Of a stretch of DNA of 64,000 nt, positions 47,484 through 57,548 are shown piece after piece. The stretch is from Elusimicrobiota bacterium (lineage in GTDB: Bacteria; Elusimicrobiota; Endomicrobiia; CG1-02-37-114; JAHJSO01). The position numbers and the translations under genes were made by a program. The notes under the pieces were generated by a model. The model had not been told where the DNA came from. It saw only the letters and a program-made list of their open reading frames with translations, and did not search any database. The DNA lies in the NCBI GenBank assembly GCA_043826435.1, contig JBDRQF010000044.1, positions 1 to 64,000 of the forward strand. The letters are read 5' to 3'. Every line of letters begins with the position of its first letter. Position 1 is the stretch's first letter.

Positions 47484-48197
47484 ATGATTAAAAAAATATC
47501 AACCTGGATACTCGGGAAAGTAAAAGAGGCAGGAGCAAAAGGGACTATAACCGGGTTGTCCGGCGGGCTTGATTCCGCCGTGGTCGCACTCCTCTGCAAA
47601 AAGGCGGTAGGAAAAAACCACCTGTGCCTTATCCTGCCGTGCGAGTCGTCCCGAAAAGACGTTTCGGACGCAGAACACATCGCCCGGAAATTCAAACTCA
47701 AAACAAAAACAGTTAATCTGACGCCTATATACCGCCATTTTTTAAAAATCCTTCCGCCGGCACGTAAAATCGCACGCGGCAACCTGAAAGCCCGTCTCAG
47801 GATGATTACCCTCTATTATTTTGCAAACAAATTAAACTACATCGTTTCCGGCACGGGCAACAAATCCGAAATCATAATGGGTTATTTCACAAAGTACGGG
47901 GACGGCGGGGTTGATATTCTGCCTATCGGAAACATTCTAAAAAGGGATGTCAGGAAACTCGCCTGCCTTCTGAACGTTCCCGAAAAAATCATATTAAAAA
48001 AACCGAGCGCCGGGTTGTGGCAGGGGCAGACCGACGAAGGAGAGATGGGCATTACGTACGACAAACTTGATTCCACAATAAACCGGATGGGCAAAACCCC
48101 CGGGAAACAATCAAAAGACACACTGACCGTCCGGATAATAAAGCAAATGGAACGGACAAAGCACAAGAGCAATCCCCCCGAAATATTCAGAGGGTAA
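47484..48197 (+). CDS. nadE: NH3-dependent NAD+ synthetase
   Basis: GLSGGLDS, NLKARLRM, GYFTKYGDG, PSAGLW.GQTDE; no glutaminase domain. Confidence 0.95.
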   Translation: MIKKISTWILGKVKEAGAKGTITGLSGGLDSAVVALLCKKAVGKNHLCLILPCESSRKDVSDAEHIARKFKLKTKTVNLTPIYRHFLKILPPARKIARGNLKARLRMITLYYFANKLNYIVSGTGNKSEIIMGYFTKYGDGGVDILPIGNILKRDVRKLACLLNVPEKIILKKPSAGLWQGQTDEGEMGITYDKLDSTINRMGKTPGKQSKDTLTVRIIKQMERTKHKSNPPEIFRG

Positions 48198-48216
48198 GCG
48201 GATAAAACAAACGGGA

Positions 48217-48288
48217 CGCAGAAGGAAATCGCAGAAGGAAACCCGCAGAAGGAAACCGATTGACAAATAAAGCAGATTTTGTTAAAAT
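48217..48288 (+). promoter_or_regulatory. glnA promoter preceded by three 12-bp direct repeats
   Basis: CGCAGAAGGAAA at 48217, 48230, 48244, then TTGACA(48260)-17 bp-TAAAAT. Confidence 0.7.
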
Positions 48289-48351
48289 TATATTAGACAA
48301 CGAAGAGACAATCAAAACAGACCAGAGGGTCAATCCGGTCAGGAGGGAAAA

Positions 48352-49674
48352 ATGGATAAACAAACGGTATTAAAATCACTCGGGGAAAAGGACGTTAAAT
48401 TCATTGAATTCTGGTTCAGCGATATTCTGGGTTTCTTAAAAAGTTTTACCGTCCCAAAAGAAGAACTTGAAAAGGCGTTTGAAGAGGGGATGGGGTTTGA
48501 CGGCTCGTCCATCAGGGGGTTTGTCAGGATTGACGAAAGCGATATGGTCGCCGTGCCTGATCCAAAAACATTCGTAGTACTGCCGTGGAGACCGAGGGAG
48601 AAAGGCACCGCCAGGATGTTCTGCGACATACTCACCCCCGACAGGAAACCCTTTGAGGGCGACCCGAGATATATACTCAAAAAGAACCTGGAATACATAA
48701 AGAAAAAATTCGGTTTTACATATCATATCGGGCCGGAACTTGAGTTTTTTTATTTCAAGAATAATGTCAAGCCGGAAATCCTTGACCGCGGCGGTTATTT
48801 TGACCTGATACCGAGGGACGAAGCAATTGATTTGCGCCGTGAAACAGTCCTTGCGCTTGAAGAGATGGGCGTGGAGGTTGAGTACGCCCACCACGAGGTT
48901 GCACCAAGCCAGCATGAGATTGACCTGCGATACAAGGATGCCCTGACGATGGCGGACATAGTAATGACCCACCGCCTGACTGTAAAGGAAATTGCTTTCA
49001 GGAACGACGTGTATGCCACCTTTATGCCCAAACCGTTGTTGAACGAAAACGGCTCGGGGATGCACACACATATGTCACTTTTCAAAGACGGCAGGAACGT
49101 CTTTTTTGATTCAAAAGGAAAGCATTATTTGTCGGAAACGGCGCTCCATTTCATTGCAGGCGTCCTGAAGTACGCCCCTGAAATCTGTGCGGTAATATGC
49201 CAGTGGGTGAACTCTTACAAACGGCTCGTCCCCGGGTATGAAGCACCTGTGTATTTGTCCTGGGCGCAGAAGAATCGCTCCGATTTAATCCGCGTGCCGA
49301 TGTATAAGCCCGGCAAGGAGGAAGCAACAAGGATTGAGTTCAGGGCGCCTGACCCTGCCTGCAACCCCTACCTTGCGTTCTCCTGCCTGCTCAGGGCGGG
49401 CATAAAAGGCATTGAGGAAAAACTAAAAGTCCCTGAACCGGTTGAAGAGAACGTTTACCGTATGGGCGAGGAAGAGAGAAAAAAACGCGGGATCGGCTCT
49501 CTGCCTGGAAGTTTAATTGAGGCCATTGAAATAGCCCGGGGAAGCCAACTTTTGAAAGACACGCTTGGCGACCATGTCTTTAAGGAATTTATTGAGAATA
49601 AACAAATAGAGTGGGACGACTACCGCAGGCAGGTTACCGACTACGAAATTGACAGGTATCTGCCTGTACTGTAA
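48352..49674 (+). CDS. glnA: Glutamine synthetase type I
   Basis: FDGSSI.GF, HHEVAPSQHE, ATFMPKP, NGSGMH, RIEFR.PDP.CNPY. Confidence 0.97.
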   Translation: MDKQTVLKSLGEKDVKFIEFWFSDILGFLKSFTVPKEELEKAFEEGMGFDGSSIRGFVRIDESDMVAVPDPKTFVVLPWRPREKGTARMFCDILTPDRKPFEGDPRYILKKNLEYIKKKFGFTYHIGPELEFFYFKNNVKPEILDRGGYFDLIPRDEAIDLRRETVLALEEMGVEVEYAHHEVAPSQHEIDLRYKDALTMADIVMTHRLTVKEIAFRNDVYATFMPKPLLNENGSGMHTHMSLFKDGRNVFFDSKGKHYLSETALHFIAGVLKYAPEICAVICQWVNSYKRLVPGYEAPVYLSWAQKNRSDLIRVPMYKPGKEEATRIEFRAPDPACNPYLAFSCLLRAGIKGIEEKLKVPEPVEENVYRMGEEERKKRGIGSLPGSLIEAIEIARGSQLLKDTLGDHVFKEFIENKQIEWDDYRRQVTDYEIDRYLPVL

Positions 49675-49690
49675 AACAACTGAATTAAAG

Positions 49691-50119
49691 ATGAACCCTG
49701 ACTATATTCCATATAATCCTGAAGTGTTACGAGAAAAACTCACTAATGTTTTCAATAAATATTCTAATATATCGTTGGTCTATTTATTTGGTTCGTCTGT
49801 AAGTGGTAATGTTGGACCAATGAGTGACTTAGACATAGCGGTCTTATATGAAGAGAACGAAAAATTGAGCATTTTGAATTTATGTGAACTTGGCAATAAA
49901 ATTGCTGATATTCTCGGTGATGAAAATATTCAGGTCGTTCCCTTAAATGAACAATCTTTAAGTTTTTCTTTTAATGTTATAAACACCGGAATTTGTATTT
50001 ATGGGTCGGAAGAAAAACGAGTCCGATTTGAAACAAGCATTCTAAATCAATATTTAGATTTTAAGTTTTTCGCTGACCAATATAATAGAATGTTCAAAAA
50101 CCAGTATTCAGGTAAATAA
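49691..50119 (+). CDS. MNT minimal nucleotidyltransferase (MntA-like antitoxin)
   Basis: LFGS-x10-DLD; AT-rich; start moved to ATG 49691. Confidence 0.88.
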   Translation: MNPDYIPYNPEVLREKLTNVFNKYSNISLVYLFGSSVSGNVGPMSDLDIAVLYEENEKLSILNLCELGNKIADILGDENIQVVPLNEQSLSFSFNVINTGICIYGSEEKRVRFETSILNQYLDFKFFADQYNRMFKNQYSGK

Positions 50120-50121
50120 CT

Positions 50122-50526
50122 ATGGTTGACAGAGATGGAATATACAATAGATTAAAAGAAATAGAAGAAGGGTTAGAATATCTTAAAAACATTAATATTG
50201 AATTATTAAAAAATCGTCAGAATTTCATTTTGGCAAAGTATTATTTACAAGTTATACTTGAAGGAATTTTTACTATTGGTAACCAGATTATAGCAAACAA
50301 TAATTTTAGAAAACCCGCCACTTATCGTGAAATATTAAAAATACTTGCTGAAAACTCAATAATAGATTTTACGCTTGCCGAAGGACTTGATTTCGCTGCC
50401 CGACTTCGCAATGAGTTGGTGCATATGTATTGGAAAGCATCGTTGGAACAAATTATTGAAATAAAAGAAAACAAGGTTGTCCATTTTGAAAAGTTTGTTA
50501 AACAGATACTGGAATTAATAAAATAA
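50122..50526 (+). CDS. HEPN/DUF86 ribonuclease (HepT-like toxin)
   Basis: RNELVHMY fits Rx4HxY; P.TY motif; paired with MNT. Confidence 0.88.
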   Translation: MVDRDGIYNRLKEIEEGLEYLKNINIELLKNRQNFILAKYYLQVILEGIFTIGNQIIANNNFRKPATYREILKILAENSIIDFTLAEGLDFAARLRNELVHMYWKASLEQIIEIKENKVVHFEKFVKQILELIK

Positions 50527-50654
50527 TTGAATGGGCTAACTATTGCCGCCTTATCCCGCTGAATGTCTGGTTTTGTCCTTTTGGATGCCACGAAAGGGTG
50601 GTCTAAAATGGTGTGGTGTGATTTGAGCATTCCGTCTCCAAGGAGGTATTATTT

Positions 50655-52238
50655 ATGACTTTTTCAAAACCAAATGCATCAGCAGCAACGCTTACCAAAA
50701 ACAGAACCCCGTTTGATATAAACCCCTTCAGCGGGATGTGTGTTACCTGCATTGAGGGATGTGTAGGACTGTGTGAAATAGGAAAATCGGCATATCGCGG
50801 GGTAGAGATAATCTACCCGCAGCCGTTTGGTCCAATCACTGCGGCTTCACAGAAGGATTACCCTGTTGACCTTTCTCACTTCAACATAATGGGTTCCTGC
50901 GTCGGTGCACACGGGATAAAACCGGATAGTGATGTAGCAATTTTTCCGAATGTCAACATTGAAACATCCCTTGGCCGGGATAAAGGAATAAAACTCAAAC
51001 TGCCGATAGTAACCCCGGGGCTCGGCTCAACCGATGTGGCAAAAAGAAACTGGGAAGGGATAGCAATCGGCTCTGCAATGTCGGGCATTGTAATGACTAT
51101 CGGCGAAAATGTATGCGGGATGGACGAAAAGGCGGAAACAAAAAACGGGAGGGTAATAAAATCCCCTGATTTAGAACACCGTGTGCAACTCTATCGGGAA
51201 TGGCAGGAAGACGGCTACGGTAAAATAGTCGTCCAGTCAAATGTTGAAGACACCCGACTTGGCGTTCTGGAATATGCTATTGAAAAACTCAATGTGGAAT
51301 CGGTTGAACTCAAATGGGGACAGGGTGCAAAGAATATCGGCGGCGAGGTGAAAATTTCTGATTTAAAAAAAGCGCAACTCCTCAAAAAGAGGGGCTATAT
51401 TGTTCTGCCCGACCCTGAAGACCCTGTGGTAATTGATGCATTTGAAAGAAAGGTCTTCAAGGAATTTGAGAGACACTCCCGGATAGGAATGGTGGAAGAG
51501 GAGTCATTTATCAAAAGGGTTGAGGAACTCAGAAAACTTGGTGCAAAATATGTGTTCCTGAAAACCGGCGCCTACAGGCCCGCTGACCTTGCCAGGGCAA
51601 TAAAATTTTCGTCTGAATCAAAAATTGATGTCTTAACTGTTGACGGAGCAGGGGGCGGGACGGGAATGTCCCCGTGGAGGATGATGAATGAATGGGGTGT
51701 GCCAACTGTTGAACTTGCCTGTCTTACATATCAATATGCAGACACCCTTTCAAAAAAGAAACAATACGTCCCCGATATTGTATTTGCCGGCGGGTTGACA
51801 CTTGAGGACCATATATTCAAGGTCCTTGCGCTCGGCGCTCCGTATTTCAAGGCAGCAGGGATGGCGCGGGCGCCGATTGCAGCTGCCATGGTCGGTAAAA
51901 CCCTTGCTCGGTGCATAAAGGACGAAAACATACCGTCTGCGGTTGAAAAATACGGAAAAACAATTGATGAGATATTTGTTACAGTGCCTTATCTGAGAAA
52001 AAAATATGGAAAAAAATTCTCTGATTTACCTGTGTCTGCAATGGCGGTATATACCTATTACCAGCGACTTGCACAGGGACTAAAACAACTAATGTGCGGA
52101 GCGAGAAAATTCTCCCTTGAATACATTGACAGAAACGATATAGCCGCCCTGACGGAGGAGTCGGCAAAAATCAGCGGAATAAAATACGTTATGGATACCG
52201 ACAGGGAAGAAGTGGAAAAAATTTTAAAAAACCCTTGA
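50655..52238 (+). CDS. Stand-alone FMN-binding glutamate synthase family protein
   Basis: ELKWGQGAK.IGGE, LTVDGAGGGTGMSP, AGG; N-terminal CxxCxxxCxxxC. Confidence 0.85.
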   Translation: MTFSKPNASAATLTKNRTPFDINPFSGMCVTCIEGCVGLCEIGKSAYRGVEIIYPQPFGPITAASQKDYPVDLSHFNIMGSCVGAHGIKPDSDVAIFPNVNIETSLGRDKGIKLKLPIVTPGLGSTDVAKRNWEGIAIGSAMSGIVMTIGENVCGMDEKAETKNGRVIKSPDLEHRVQLYREWQEDGYGKIVVQSNVEDTRLGVLEYAIEKLNVESVELKWGQGAKNIGGEVKISDLKKAQLLKKRGYIVLPDPEDPVVIDAFERKVFKEFERHSRIGMVEEESFIKRVEELRKLGAKYVFLKTGAYRPADLARAIKFSSESKIDVLTVDGAGGGTGMSPWRMMNEWGVPTVELACLTYQYADTLSKKKQYVPDIVFAGGLTLEDHIFKVLALGAPYFKAAGMARAPIAAAMVGKTLARCIKDENIPSAVEKYGKTIDEIFVTVPYLRKKYGKKFSDLPVSAMAVYTYYQRLAQGLKQLMCGARKFSLEYIDRNDIAALTEESAKISGIKYVMDTDREEVEKILKNP

Positions 52239-52271
52239 CTTTTGTCCATAAAACTGCTATACTAACGTGCA

Positions 52272-53219
52272 ATGGATTTAAGTTTAATAAGACGGGCGCT
52301 TAAACGCCACCTTACCATAATCTTTGTACCGCATACTTCCGCGTGTCCTGTCCGGACCACTTTCAGTTTGTCATTCCTTATGTTTGTGGTTCTTCTGTGG
52401 ACGGGACTCACCGTGTGGTCAACCTACATCGCCACCCGCCATTTTGATTACTGGCGTCTGAAAGTGGACAGGGAAGTAACCAGGTTCAAACTTGTATTCT
52501 TTGCAAACGAATTAAAAAAATCCCAGGAGTTGCTCGCCCAGGTAAAGGAAAAGGACCAGCAACTGAGGGATCTCCTGGAAATGAAAACAAAAAAGTCAAT
52601 CATAACCAGGGATTCGCAGGGCGTAGGAGGCCCGGCGCCACAGGACCAGAAATACCTGCAGAAACTGCTTGAAAAGAAAATACACGAGTTGGAAGTCAGT
52701 GACCTGAACTACCAGGTTACAACACTCAGGAGTTTGTGCCGGGAGCAATTGGAAAGCACGGAAGAAATAAATAATTTTATCTCATACCAGAGGGCGACTT
52801 ACAGTGCGATGCCGAACACCCGGCCCTGTGATGGGGCCACGACCTCTCCTTACGGTTTCAGGGTTCACCCGCTGACAGGCAATTATGAGTTTCACACGGG
52901 ACTTGACATAGGCAATGTTAAAGGCACGTCTGTCATGGTAACAGCGGACGGCATAATAAAACACTGCGGGTGGGCGCAGGGCTACGGTAAGATGATAATA
53001 GTTGACCACGGTTACGGCTTCCAGACCTACTATGCACACCTGTCCAAAATGCTCATAACAAAGGGACAGAAGGTTAAAAGAGGGCAGGCAATAGGCCTCA
53101 TGGGAGAAACCGGGACAACCACGGGCGTGCACCTGCACTACGAAGTGTGGCGCAGGGGTAAAACAACCAACCCTGCAAGGTTTATGGATAAGGACCTTTT
53201 CTTTAAAGTGAAAATGTAA
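52272..53219 (+). CDS. M23 (LytM) peptidase with TM helix and coiled coil
   Basis: HTGLD, YAHL, TGVHLHYEV; upstream TTGACT-17-TATACT. Confidence 0.92.
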   Translation: MDLSLIRRALKRHLTIIFVPHTSACPVRTTFSLSFLMFVVLLWTGLTVWSTYIATRHFDYWRLKVDREVTRFKLVFFANELKKSQELLAQVKEKDQQLRDLLEMKTKKSIITRDSQGVGGPAPQDQKYLQKLLEKKIHELEVSDLNYQVTTLRSLCREQLESTEEINNFISYQRATYSAMPNTRPCDGATTSPYGFRVHPLTGNYEFHTGLDIGNVKGTSVMVTADGIIKHCGWAQGYGKMIIVDHGYGFQTYYAHLSKMLITKGQKVKRGQAIGLMGETGTTTGVHLHYEVWRRGKTTNPARFMDKDLFFKVKM

Positions 53220-53267
53220 ACTTATCCCGACCGGGAACCAGGGGCGCTACAATAGGGGTGATGAAAA

Positions 53268-53654
53268 ATGTTCGGAAAGAAAAATGACTCTGCTGAAAAA
53301 CTTGAGACGATTATCGGGCCCGAGACGATTTTTCAGGGAACAATAAGAACAAAGGGCTCCATCCGGGTTGACGGTAAATTAGAAGGCGCCATACTTGAGG
53401 CATCCGGCGTGATAGTAGGCATTTCGGGACAGGTACAGGGCGACATAACCGCAAAAAACATTATCGTCGGCGGGAAAATAACGGGGAATGCCACTGCAAC
53501 GCACTCAATTGAAATCCAGTCAAAATCACAGGTGTTAGGCGACATACACACGGGCGTCCTCTCCATCAGCGAGGGAGCCCTTTTTGAAGGCCACTGCGTA
53601 ATGGCCGCTGAACAGAGCAAGGTAATAGAGATGGACCTGCCCGCCCGTAGATAG
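53268..53654 (+). CDS. Bactofilin (CcmA family)
   Basis: TIIG....FQG.I, IRVDG.LEG, V.GDI, GALFEG.C.M. Confidence 0.92.
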   Translation: MFGKKNDSAEKLETIIGPETIFQGTIRTKGSIRVDGKLEGAILEASGVIVGISGQVQGDITAKNIIVGGKITGNATATHSIEIQSKSQVLGDIHTGVLSISEGALFEGHCVMAAEQSKVIEMDLPARR

Positions 53655-53690
53655 CATCCTGATAGTTAATAACAAACAGGGTTTATAAAA

Positions 53691-54386
53691 ATGGATTGGC
53701 TCAGAAAAAACATGCGGACGATTTTTGTAATTACCATCGCCGGGTTCGTTGCAGGCGTATTCGTCGGTTTCGGCGGGTATTTCTTCGGCGGGGCGAGGGT
53801 TTCCAACGCAATCGCAGAGATTAACGGCGTTAAGATACCTTACAGGAATTATGTCCTGCTATTCAACAGGGTAATGGATAACCTCAGGTCAAATAACGTT
53901 GACATTACCGACGAGGTAATAAAACGGACGCGCCAGGACGTGGTGCAGGATTTAATAAGGGAAGAGGTGTTATACCAGGAAACGAAAAAATACGGCATCC
54001 GGGTAACGGACGGAGAAGTCGGCTATGACGTGCAGAGGTTCCAGGCGTTCCAGGAGGACGGCAGGTTCAGCCAGCAGGCGTATTTCAGGGTTCTTTCCTG
54101 GCAGTTACGAATGACGCCAAAGGAGTTTGAAGAGTCCCGCAGGAGACAGATAGCCATCGCAAAACTGAACAATCTCATTGTTTCATCGGTTAAAATATCC
54201 AACCCTGAACTACAGGTGGAATATGCCAGAAAACACGACGGGCAACTAACCAACTTTGAAAAAAACAGGGACAAATTTTTTGAAGAACTGACTCAGGAAA
54301 AAAGGACGGCTCTCATAAACGACTGGTACAGGAACATAAACACTTCGCTCAAAGTGAAGGTCTTTACTGAGTTGCTGGGCGAGTAG
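53691..54386 (+). CDS. SurA N-terminal domain protein (PpiD-like, no PPIase domain)
   Basis: N-terminal TM, IAEING.KI, FQEDGRFS...Y. Confidence 0.75.
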   Translation: MDWLRKNMRTIFVITIAGFVAGVFVGFGGYFFGGARVSNAIAEINGVKIPYRNYVLLFNRVMDNLRSNNVDITDEVIKRTRQDVVQDLIREEVLYQETKKYGIRVTDGEVGYDVQRFQAFQEDGRFSQQAYFRVLSWQLRMTPKEFEESRRRQIAIAKLNNLIVSSVKISNPELQVEYARKHDGQLTNFEKNRDKFFEELTQEKRTALINDWYRNINTSLKVKVFTELLGE

Positions 54387-54984
54387 TTCTTTTAACCCTT
54401 TTAGCCCGGCCCGTAAAAAAACCGAGCATCTCTTTTATCTTTCCGACAGGGAACCCCACCACGTTGTAATAATCACCCTTAATAATTTCAACCAGCGCGT
54501 CGCCCTTTTCCTGGACGGCATAAGCGCCCGCCTTGTCCAGGTGTTTCCTTGAAATAACCCTTATTTCATCCCCGGAGAGGTGTCTCATCCTGACTACGGT
54601 TTTTTCATGGGCAACCAGAACCCTGCCCGTTAAACGGTCAAGCAGCGCCACCCCGGTGTACACGGTGTGATTCGTACCGTTCAATCTGGAAAGTATGGCC
54701 GCCGCTTCTCTGACGCCCCGCGGTTTGCCTATTATATCTTTACCTAACACCACAACCGTGTCGGCGCCGACGGCAATACCGCTGTGAAAATTGCAACTGC
54801 CCCTGAGCGCCTTTGCGAGGGCGAGTTTCTCAACCATCCTCGCGGGGAGGAACCTTTTTTTGTAGATGGGTTGTTCAGTAACCGCGGACTCGTCAAAACG
54901 CGGGTCGGATATGACAAACGGGAGACCTATCTTTTTTACAAGTTCCCTGCGGCGGGCGGAAACAGAACATAAAATAATTTTCAT
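54364..54984 (-). CDS. maf: Maf family nucleoside triphosphate pyrophosphatase
   Basis: SARRRE, GADTVV, GKP, DKAGAYAVQ, NVVGFP. Confidence 0.93.
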   Translation of the reverse strand: MKIILCSVSARRRELVKKIGLPFVISDPRFDESAVTEQPIYKKRFLPARMVEKLALAKALRGSCNFHSGIAVGADTVVVLGKDIIGKPRGVREAAAILSRLNGTNHTVYTGVALLDRLTGRVLVAHEKTVVRMRHLSGDEIRVISRKHLDKAGAYAVQEKGDALVEIIKGDYYNVVGFPVGKIKEMLGFFTGRAKRVKRTTRPATQ

Positions 54985-55250
54985 TTGTTGATCAACATCC
55001 GGAAAAGATAACCGGCTACTACCATCCCTAACACTGCGGTAACGTTAAGATTTATCATGCACCCGAAGGTAAATTCAATTATTCGTAAATCAAGCTTCGT
55101 TGACGACAACCCGGCGCTTATCTCCGTGGCGAACAGTTCCTTTATCGCGCTGTCCGCGGGGAAAACCTGCCCTATAAACTTGCCGAGGAAAGAACCGACG
55201 AGCGCCCCCACGATAATCACCAGCACAAAGAATATAATGTTTTTTGACAT
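54981..55250 (-). CDS. Small membrane protein (DUF4321-like)
   Basis: Two TM segments, LDLRIIEFTFG; start moved to ATG 55250 after GGAGG. Confidence 0.65.
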   Translation of the reverse strand: MSKNIIFFVLVIIVGALVGSFLGKFIGQVFPADSAIKELFATEISAGLSSTKLDLRIIEFTFGCMINLNVTAVLGMVVAGYLFRMLINK

Positions 55251-55252
55251 GG

Positions 55253-56281
55253 TTATTTTTCCTCCAGGACTATATTTATTTTTGCGTTGCACTTCCTGCA
55301 ACGCCCTCCGGCGGACAGGCCTTTTATTTCGGTTGTGTAGCCGGTTCTCTCAATTAGGAGGTTCCCGCACCCGGGACAACAGGTACTGCCCGAGTCCTGC
55401 TCCCACACGTTGCCCAGATAAACGTACTTAAGTTTTTCCATGGCGGTTTTCCTCGCCGTCTCCATCGTTTCAAGCGGGGTCGCAGGAGCGGACATCCTGT
55501 ACTGCGGAGTATATCTGCTGAAATGCACCGGAATGTCGTCGTCAAGCCCCGCCACCCAGTCAACGAATTTTTTAATTTCTTCGTTCGTATCGTTTTCACC
55601 GGGTATTATCAGATAGGTGAGTTCAAGGTGCTTCCCCGCCTTGTGCATTATTTCAGCGGAACGCAGGACCGGCTCTAACCGTCCGCCACAGACCTTTTTA
55701 TAGAAATTATCGGAGAATGCCTTTACGTCTATGTTTGCGGCATCCGTCCACTTTAGAATTTCCGTCCACGGCGGTTCGTTTATATACCCGTTCGTAACGA
55801 GGACGTTCTTCAGTCCTTCCGAACGGAAGGCCTCTGCCGTTTCCAGCGTCCACTCATAGTTGATGAGCGGCTCATTATACGTGTAAGCGATACCTATTGA
55901 ATTATTCGTTTTTGCCAGCCGCAGAGCGTCCCCGGACGAGAGTTCTCTGAGGCCCTCCCCCTTAAAACCCTGCCCGCCGGCGCCCGACTGGGATATCCCC
56001 CAGTTCTGGCAGTGCAAACACCTGAAGTTGCACCCTAACGTGCCGACGGACAATATGCCGCTGCCGGGGTAAAAATGATAAAGCGGTTTTTTCTCAATGG
56101 GGTCAATGTTTACCGAGGCGAACCTGCCGTACGTATGGGTATAGAGTTTGCCCCCCACGTTCTGCCTTACCCGGCAGACACCAATTTTTCCGTCGGACAA
56201 CCTGCAGTTGTGCGGGCACAGGTTGCACATAGCAGTTTTCTTTTCTTTATCAATGTAACTCCAGTGAAGCGATTCTTTCAC
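55253..56281 (-). CDS. amrS: AmmeMemoRadiSam system radical SAM enzyme
   Basis: CNLCPHNC, DPIEKKPLYHF, CNFRCLHCQNW, YTYNEP; start moved to GTG 56281 overlapping the wecB stop. Confidence 0.92.
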   Translation of the reverse strand: MKESLHWSYIDKEKKTAMCNLCPHNCRLSDGKIGVCRVRQNVGGKLYTHTYGRFASVNIDPIEKKPLYHFYPGSGILSVGTLGCNFRCLHCQNWGISQSGAGGQGFKGEGLRELSSGDALRLAKTNNSIGIAYTYNEPLINYEWTLETAEAFRSEGLKNVLVTNGYINEPPWTEILKWTDAANIDVKAFSDNFYKKVCGGRLEPVLRSAEIMHKAGKHLELTYLIIPGENDTNEEIKKFVDWVAGLDDDIPVHFSRYTPQYRMSAPATPLETMETARKTAMEKLKYVYLGNVWEQDSGSTCCPGCGNLLIERTGYTTEIKGLSAGGRCRKCNAKINIVLEEK

Positions 56282-57444
56282 GATTTGAACAGGGGCGGTC
56301 TTGAGCGTTTCAATCCGAAGTAATATTTTATTGCAGCGCATATCCTTTCGCTTGCCCTGCCGTCCCCGTAAGGGTTTTTAGCCCGCGACATTTTCCTGTA
56401 GAGTGCAGAATCATCCAGCAGTCCGTTTATTGACGACAAAATCCCTTTTTCCTCAACCCCGGCGAGGACGGATGTCCCCCCCTGTATCGCCTCGGGCCTT
56501 TCTGTAACCCTGCGCATTACGACAACGGGTTTGCCGAGCGCTGGCGCCTCTTCCTGCAGGCCGCCTGAGTCGGTTACCACGATGTATGAAACCTTCATAA
56601 GATTTATAAAATCCATGTAATTCAGGGGTTCAAGCAGGTGTATTCTGTCTTCCCCTGAAAGGATTTCCCTTGCCACCCCCCTGACCGCAGGGTTCGGATG
56701 CACGGGATAAAATATCCGGACATCATTATGCCTCTGCGCCACCTTTTTCAATGCGCTGCATATATTACGGATGGGCTTGCCAAAATTTTCCCTCCTGTGG
56801 GCGGTAACAAGGAGGACCCTGCCCGCAACCTGCCCGCCTAACAAGTCCCTTAATTTTTTGTCCGTAAAAGTATGTTTCTTCCCGGCCGCCATAAAGAGGG
56901 CGTCAATCACGGTGTTTCCCGTTACGAATATCTTTGCCGGGTCAATCTTTTCCGACAACAGGTTCTCCCTGGCTGTCGCCGTCGGCGCAAAAAGCAACCC
57001 GCATATCCTGTCGGTGAAAACGCGGTTCGCCTCTTCAGGGTAAGGGTTGAAAATGTCAAACGACCGCAGGCCCGCCTCAACGTGCCCCACCGGGATTCTC
57101 CCGTAATAACATGCCAGGGCGCTTGCAAAAGTGGTGGTGGTGTCGCCGTGGACAAGCACCATGTCGGGCCTCTCTTTCCTGAGGACCTTTTTAAGTCGCA
57201 TGAGACAGGTGGACGTTATATGATACAGGGACTGCCCTTCCTCCATAATGTTTAAATCATAATCGGATTTAATCCCGAAAATGTCAAGGACCTGGTCAAG
57301 CATATGCCTGTGCTGGGCGGAAACGCACACCTTCAGGTCTATGCCCTTTTCCCGTTGCAGAGCACTGATGACCGGCGACATCTTTATCGCTTCAGGCCTT
57401 GTACCGAAAACGCACATTATCTTTTTCACGTATACCTTCCTCAC
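56278..57444 (-). CDS. wecB: UDP-N-acetylglucosamine 2-epimerase (non-hydrolysing)
   Basis: FGTRPEAIK, HGDTTT, HVEAGLR, HRREN, TDSGGLQEE, PYGDG. Confidence 0.96.
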   Translation of the reverse strand: MRKVYVKKIMCVFGTRPEAIKMSPVISALQREKGIDLKVCVSAQHRHMLDQVLDIFGIKSDYDLNIMEEGQSLYHITSTCLMRLKKVLRKERPDMVLVHGDTTTTFASALACYYGRIPVGHVEAGLRSFDIFNPYPEEANRVFTDRICGLLFAPTATARENLLSEKIDPAKIFVTGNTVIDALFMAAGKKHTFTDKKLRDLLGGQVAGRVLLVTAHRRENFGKPIRNICSALKKVAQRHNDVRIFYPVHPNPAVRGVAREILSGEDRIHLLEPLNYMDFINLMKVSYIVVTDSGGLQEEAPALGKPVVVMRRVTERPEAIQGGTSVLAGVEEKGILSSINGLLDDSALYRKMSRAKNPYGDGRASERICAAIKYYFGLKRSRPPLFKS

Positions 57445-57548
57445 TCTCCACTCTATGAACAGATTGGGAAACTCAACCAGTTTAAATTGCTCTCAACCCG
57501 TGTGCAATATCAGACACGGGGACGTGTAAATATGCCTTGAGGTTGCAT

